From: an uncultured virus (IMG/VR IMGVR_UViG_3300014043_000231)
Taxonomy: Duplodnaviria > Heunggongvirae > Uroviricota > Caudoviricetes
Direction: 5' to 3' (one strand)
Virus record (IMG/VR): IMGVR_UViG_3300014043_000231
Length of the DNA stretch: 20,000 nucleotides
The position numbers were made by a program, and so were the translations under genes. The first letter of the stretch is position 1; every line of letters starts with the position of its first letter. Below the pieces are notes generated by a model that saw only the letters and a list, made by a program, of their open reading frames with translations, was not told the DNA's origin and searched no databases. Below are positions 17,116 to 20,000 of this stretch, piece after piece.

Positions 17116-18279
17116 ATGTCAGGTTCATTCATCAAATGGAAGCCAGCCCTGTTCGGCGCGGTCGCATTGACCGTCGCCATCACCGCCGCGCCGGGCGGCG
17201 CATACGCTTTCGAGCTGCATGACGTGAAGGACAAGGCGCGGGAAATCCAAGACACGGCCATCGCCAGCCAGGGAGAACTGCTGCATGCATACACCGCACA
17301 CAACAACGCCCCCGAATCGAAATACGGCGTGAACGATGTCGTGGCCGGAGATGAAGGCAAGTTCGTGCTCAACGCCTACAAGACCAGCGGCGAGAACGCC
17401 AAGAAAACCCTCGCGGACAACTCGTATGCAGTTGCCATCGACCAGCTCACCCTGAAGGAACTGAACGCCTACATCACCGAAACCCGGAAGGACAACGCCG
17501 CGAAGCTGCATGCGGTGAAATCATTGCATGCGGCGGAATCCTCCATCGCCGGTTCGCACAAGCTCCGTCTCGTCGCGGACGCCCAGTCGAAGCTGAAGGC
17601 AAGCATTGACAATGCGAACACCACTTTGAAGGAATCCGATGGCAAGGTCGATGACAACACGCCGCGCCAGCAGCTTCAGGATGCCATGAACGAGGCGTCG
17701 AAGCATCTGCACGAGAACGACGTGAAGACATTGCAAGGCAATGCGGCCAATGTTGACGGAAAGGTTCAGGCCGTGAAGGATGCCGTCCAAGCCCGCGACG
17801 CCCGCATCGCAAGCGAGGAAGCCGCCCGTCAAGCCGCCGCATCTCAGGCGTCATATAACTCTCAGGCGTCATATAACGGAGGAAACGCCACAGGATACGC
17901 CAACGGATACGGATACGGCAGTGGCTCCTATTCCAGTGCGGGAGCGTCTGCGAGTTCGCCTGCCGGAGCCTCCTATTATAACGGCTTCTCCATCGGCGGC
18001 TCATGCTCGCTTGACTCCGCCGACCATTGCCAAGGAGCGGTTGACGGTTCCGGTTTCAATACACTGACGCATATGACGGATGACGCTGGCACGAACATCT
18101 ACGCCATCCATTCAAACTACGGCGGTTCAAGCACATGGGGTCAGAACTCCGTCACCATCAACGGCCAGACCCATACGCTTGGCGCTCCGTTCCAGACGAA
18201 CGTGTCTCCGAACGACGGCAAGCAGTATTTCCAGACCTGCGGGCCTGACGGAAGGGTCTATCTCCGGCAGATGAACTGA
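17116..18279 (+). CDS. Secreted coiled-coil protein with G/S/Y-rich linker and C-terminal sortase-like domain
   Basis: Signal peptide ending AYA, helical A/K/D-rich stalk, SQASYN x2 (18-bp repeat 17842-17877), and C-terminal IYAIHS...YFQTCGPDGRV. GC-rich codon usage. Confidence 0.8.
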   Translation: MSGSFIKWKPALFGAVALTVAITAAPGGAYAFELHDVKDKAREIQDTAIASQGELLHAYTAHNNAPESKYGVNDVVAGDEGKFVLNAYKTSGENAKKTLADNSYAVAIDQLTLKELNAYITETRKDNAAKLHAVKSLHAAESSIAGSHKLRLVADAQSKLKASIDNANTTLKESDGKVDDNTPRQQLQDAMNEASKHLHENDVKTLQGNAANVDGKVQAVKDAVQARDARIASEEAARQAAASQASYNSQASYNGGNATGYANGYGYGSGSYSSAGASASSPAGASYYNGFSIGGSCSLDSADHCQGAVDGSGFNTLTHMTDDAGTNIYAIHSNYGGSSTWGQNSVTINGQTHTLGAPFQTNVSPNDGKQYFQTCGPDGRVYLRQMN

Positions 18280-18455
18280 AATCATATCGGCGGAATGCCG
18301 TAATGAAATGATATTGCAAAAAAATGAGCGCAATGCGGGCTTCCTGTTCACATTGCGCTCATTTGCATTCATACAGCGGGTTTCGCATACCATACCTACA
18401 GGGGTTCATATTGCGAATAAACGCATATGCATACAATGCATAGAAAGGAACGATT

Positions 18456-18638
18456 ATGAGACTGGGGAACGCGAAAATCGACGATATCATCAGGGAACTG
18501 CAATTCATCAGGAAAGAATACGGGAATCTTCCGATGAAGGATGATGTCACCATCAATCTTGATACAATGCCCATGAAGGTCAAGGAAGGCCAATACCGGA
18601 ACAAGCCAGCCGTATCCATCGGCGTCAAACACGAATAG
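18456..18638 (+). CDS. Small hypothetical protein, 60 aa
   Basis: AGAAAGGA RBS 6 nt before the ATG; protein-like sequence. Confidence 0.7.
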   Translation: MRLGNAKIDDIIRELQFIRKEYGNLPMKDDVTINLDTMPMKVKEGQYRNKPAVSIGVKHE

Positions 18639-18900
18639 GTCGGGGCTGTTTTCATATCCCATCCTGCCGCGTTTCCATTCCATGCATGCCAACATATGCA
18701 CGCATGTTCGCAATCGCATGCGAAAGGCGTCCACCGTCGATGGGATGCGCGTTCACGTCTGGCACAGGGATAATGCCTTTATATGAAAGACCTCCCCATA
18801 AAGTTGCCGAAAAAGCATTCTCCGGCATTTCGTGAAGGCTGTAATCATTGAAGTGAGATTAAAAGAAAATGTAATTATAATGATAGCGTTGTTTAACAAA

Positions 18901-18950
18901 AATAAAAGCAGTCATGATGATTCTTATTATTCATCATGACTGCTTTTATT
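18901..18950. terminator. Bidirectional intrinsic terminator
   Basis: Perfect 20-bp arms AATAAAAGCAGTCATGATGA and TCATCATGACTGCTTTTATT abutting the stop of 18950..19426. Confidence 0.85.
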
Positions 18951-19426
18951 TAGAATGCCTTGGCATACACGGTGGTTTCACCTTGCGTGAGTTCATCTGA
19001 TTCCATCATGTAATCATGACCGATTGCGCTTGCAATTCCGTTATTACGATTATCAATCATCCTATTCATCGCGCCAACCGGATAACGATAGGATAAATCA
19101 TCCAATGGAATGATGCGGGTTCCAATGCGTCCAGTGCTTGCAGTGCCATCATTCACACGCATAATGGTATCACGAGGATCATAATGTGATACGGGAATGT
19201 TCCTGTGCTCATGCAGCCATTTGCCCGCAGCACCATTCCTCACATAATGTTCACGCGGTTCATAGGATGGCGGCATTCGCATGATATGCACTTCCGGCAG
19301 TTCATCAGTGGACATGTAATCAGTTACAGGGATTTCACTGGTATCCACATCATCCGGCGTGATAGTGATAATCAATTGTTCATTCACTGGAATTGAATAC
19401 ATCATCAATCGTCCGTCAGTCATCAT
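18950..19426 (-). CDS. Hypothetical protein, 158 aa
   Basis: GAGGAG RBS 7 nt before the ATG; a terminator follows. Confidence 0.78.
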   Translation of the reverse strand: MMTDGRLMMYSIPVNEQLIITITPDDVDTSEIPVTDYMSTDELPEVHIMRMPPSYEPREHYVRNGAAGKWLHEHRNIPVSHYDPRDTIMRVNDGTASTGRIGTRIIPLDDLSYRYPVGAMNRMIDNRNNGIASAIGHDYMMESDELTQGETTVYAKAF

Positions 19427-19443
19427 TCACCATCTCCTCAACT

Positions 19444-20000
19444 GTGAGATACCCCAGCGCTGAAGCGCGGGGCTTCAGCATAATGCTCAGAATTAACAAG
19501 TGTTAACACTGTGGGTTCACTGGCCGGAAACAGCGATTGGAGAGTCCCCACCATCCGACACGAGAGTGCCAAACAGGTGTAACCAATCGACTCATATTCC
19601 CTGCAATTGAATGCAGACCAGCGTGATTAATAACCGCGCTCTCACGCACGGTTAAACCACTATTCATTCTTTTAACTGAGTCCAGTGGTTTAAACTCAGA
19701 TAATCGCCACCAGTAAGCAGGCAATGGTTCCAACGCGAGAATAATCATGTTCAATGCCGCGTGAGTATCACGATCCATTTCAAAACCGCAATACGCGCAA
19801 TGGAACACGCGCTCTGACAGTTTATGCTTAGTACAATGCCCGCAGAACGCGCAATACTGTGTCGTGGGTTGCCACTCATCGCACATGAGCACACGCGGCG
19901 ATGACTCACCAGCAAGCCCGCGTAATTCAGCGTAAACCCGACCGAGGATACCATCACTCATCTTACAACCATTCACCCTGAACCATGATTGAAAATGCTC
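19444..20000 (-). mobile_element. Right part of a second tnpB-encoding IS200/IS605-family element, cut by the window end
   Basis: Right-end hairpin GAAGCCCCGCGCTTCAGCGCTGGGGTATCTCAC ending at 19444, downstream of tnpB. Confidence 0.8.
19503..20000 (-). CDS. tnpB: TnpB C-terminal part; ORF is open to the window edge
   Basis: PTTQYCAFCG...LSERVFHCAYCG Zn ribbon and DRDTHAALNM RuvC-III. The frame reads EHFQSWFR from 20000 without a stop. Confidence 0.85.
   Translation of the reverse strand, partial: EHFQSWFRVNGCKMSDGILGRVYAELRGLAGESSPRVLMCDEWQPTTQYCAFCGHCTKHKLSERVFHCAYCGFEMDRDTHAALNMIILALEPLPAYWWRLSEFKPLDSVKRMNSGLTVRESAVINHAGLHSIAGNMSRLVTPVWHSRVGWWGLSNRCFRPVNPQC

Noticed and set aside
17088..18274. 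Antisense and alternative-frame ORFs over the secreted protein gene
   Set aside because: Typical shadows of a high-GC3 gene.
19503..19976. Treating this ORF as a stand-alone truncated zinc-ribbon TnpB
   Set aside because: The frame is open to base 20000, so it is cut by the window and not shown to be truncated.

Overview
Accessory region of a large, fairly AT-rich mobile element (megaplasmid or large phage). An actinobacterial, Bifidobacterium-like host is inferred from leaderless promoters, GACACGCC boxes and AAAGGA ribosome-binding sites. Recognisable genes are a lipoprotein non-specific endonuclease, a MoxR/CobS-type AAA+ ATPase with a vWA-like partner carrying a long acidic tail, a T4 Rnl1-type RNA ligase, one intact IS1341-like TnpB element and a second TnpB cut by the window edge. 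A GC-rich island encodes a secreted coiled-coil protein ending in a sortase-like His/Cys/Arg domain. The rest is small hypothetical genes and decayed ORFs. The most notable non-coding signals are (i) a TnpB-less IS200/IS605 mini-element whose consensus promoter is fused directly to an omegaRNA-like scaffold plus guide, with a second isolated copy of its 3' tip 6.5 kb away, (ii) a repeated promoter architecture (GACACGCCG box, -35, 17 bp, extended -10, often a leaderless ATG) that corrects several ORF starts, and (iii) a promoter-to-terminator unit with no sizeable ORF. All family calls come from motif reading only; no searches were run.
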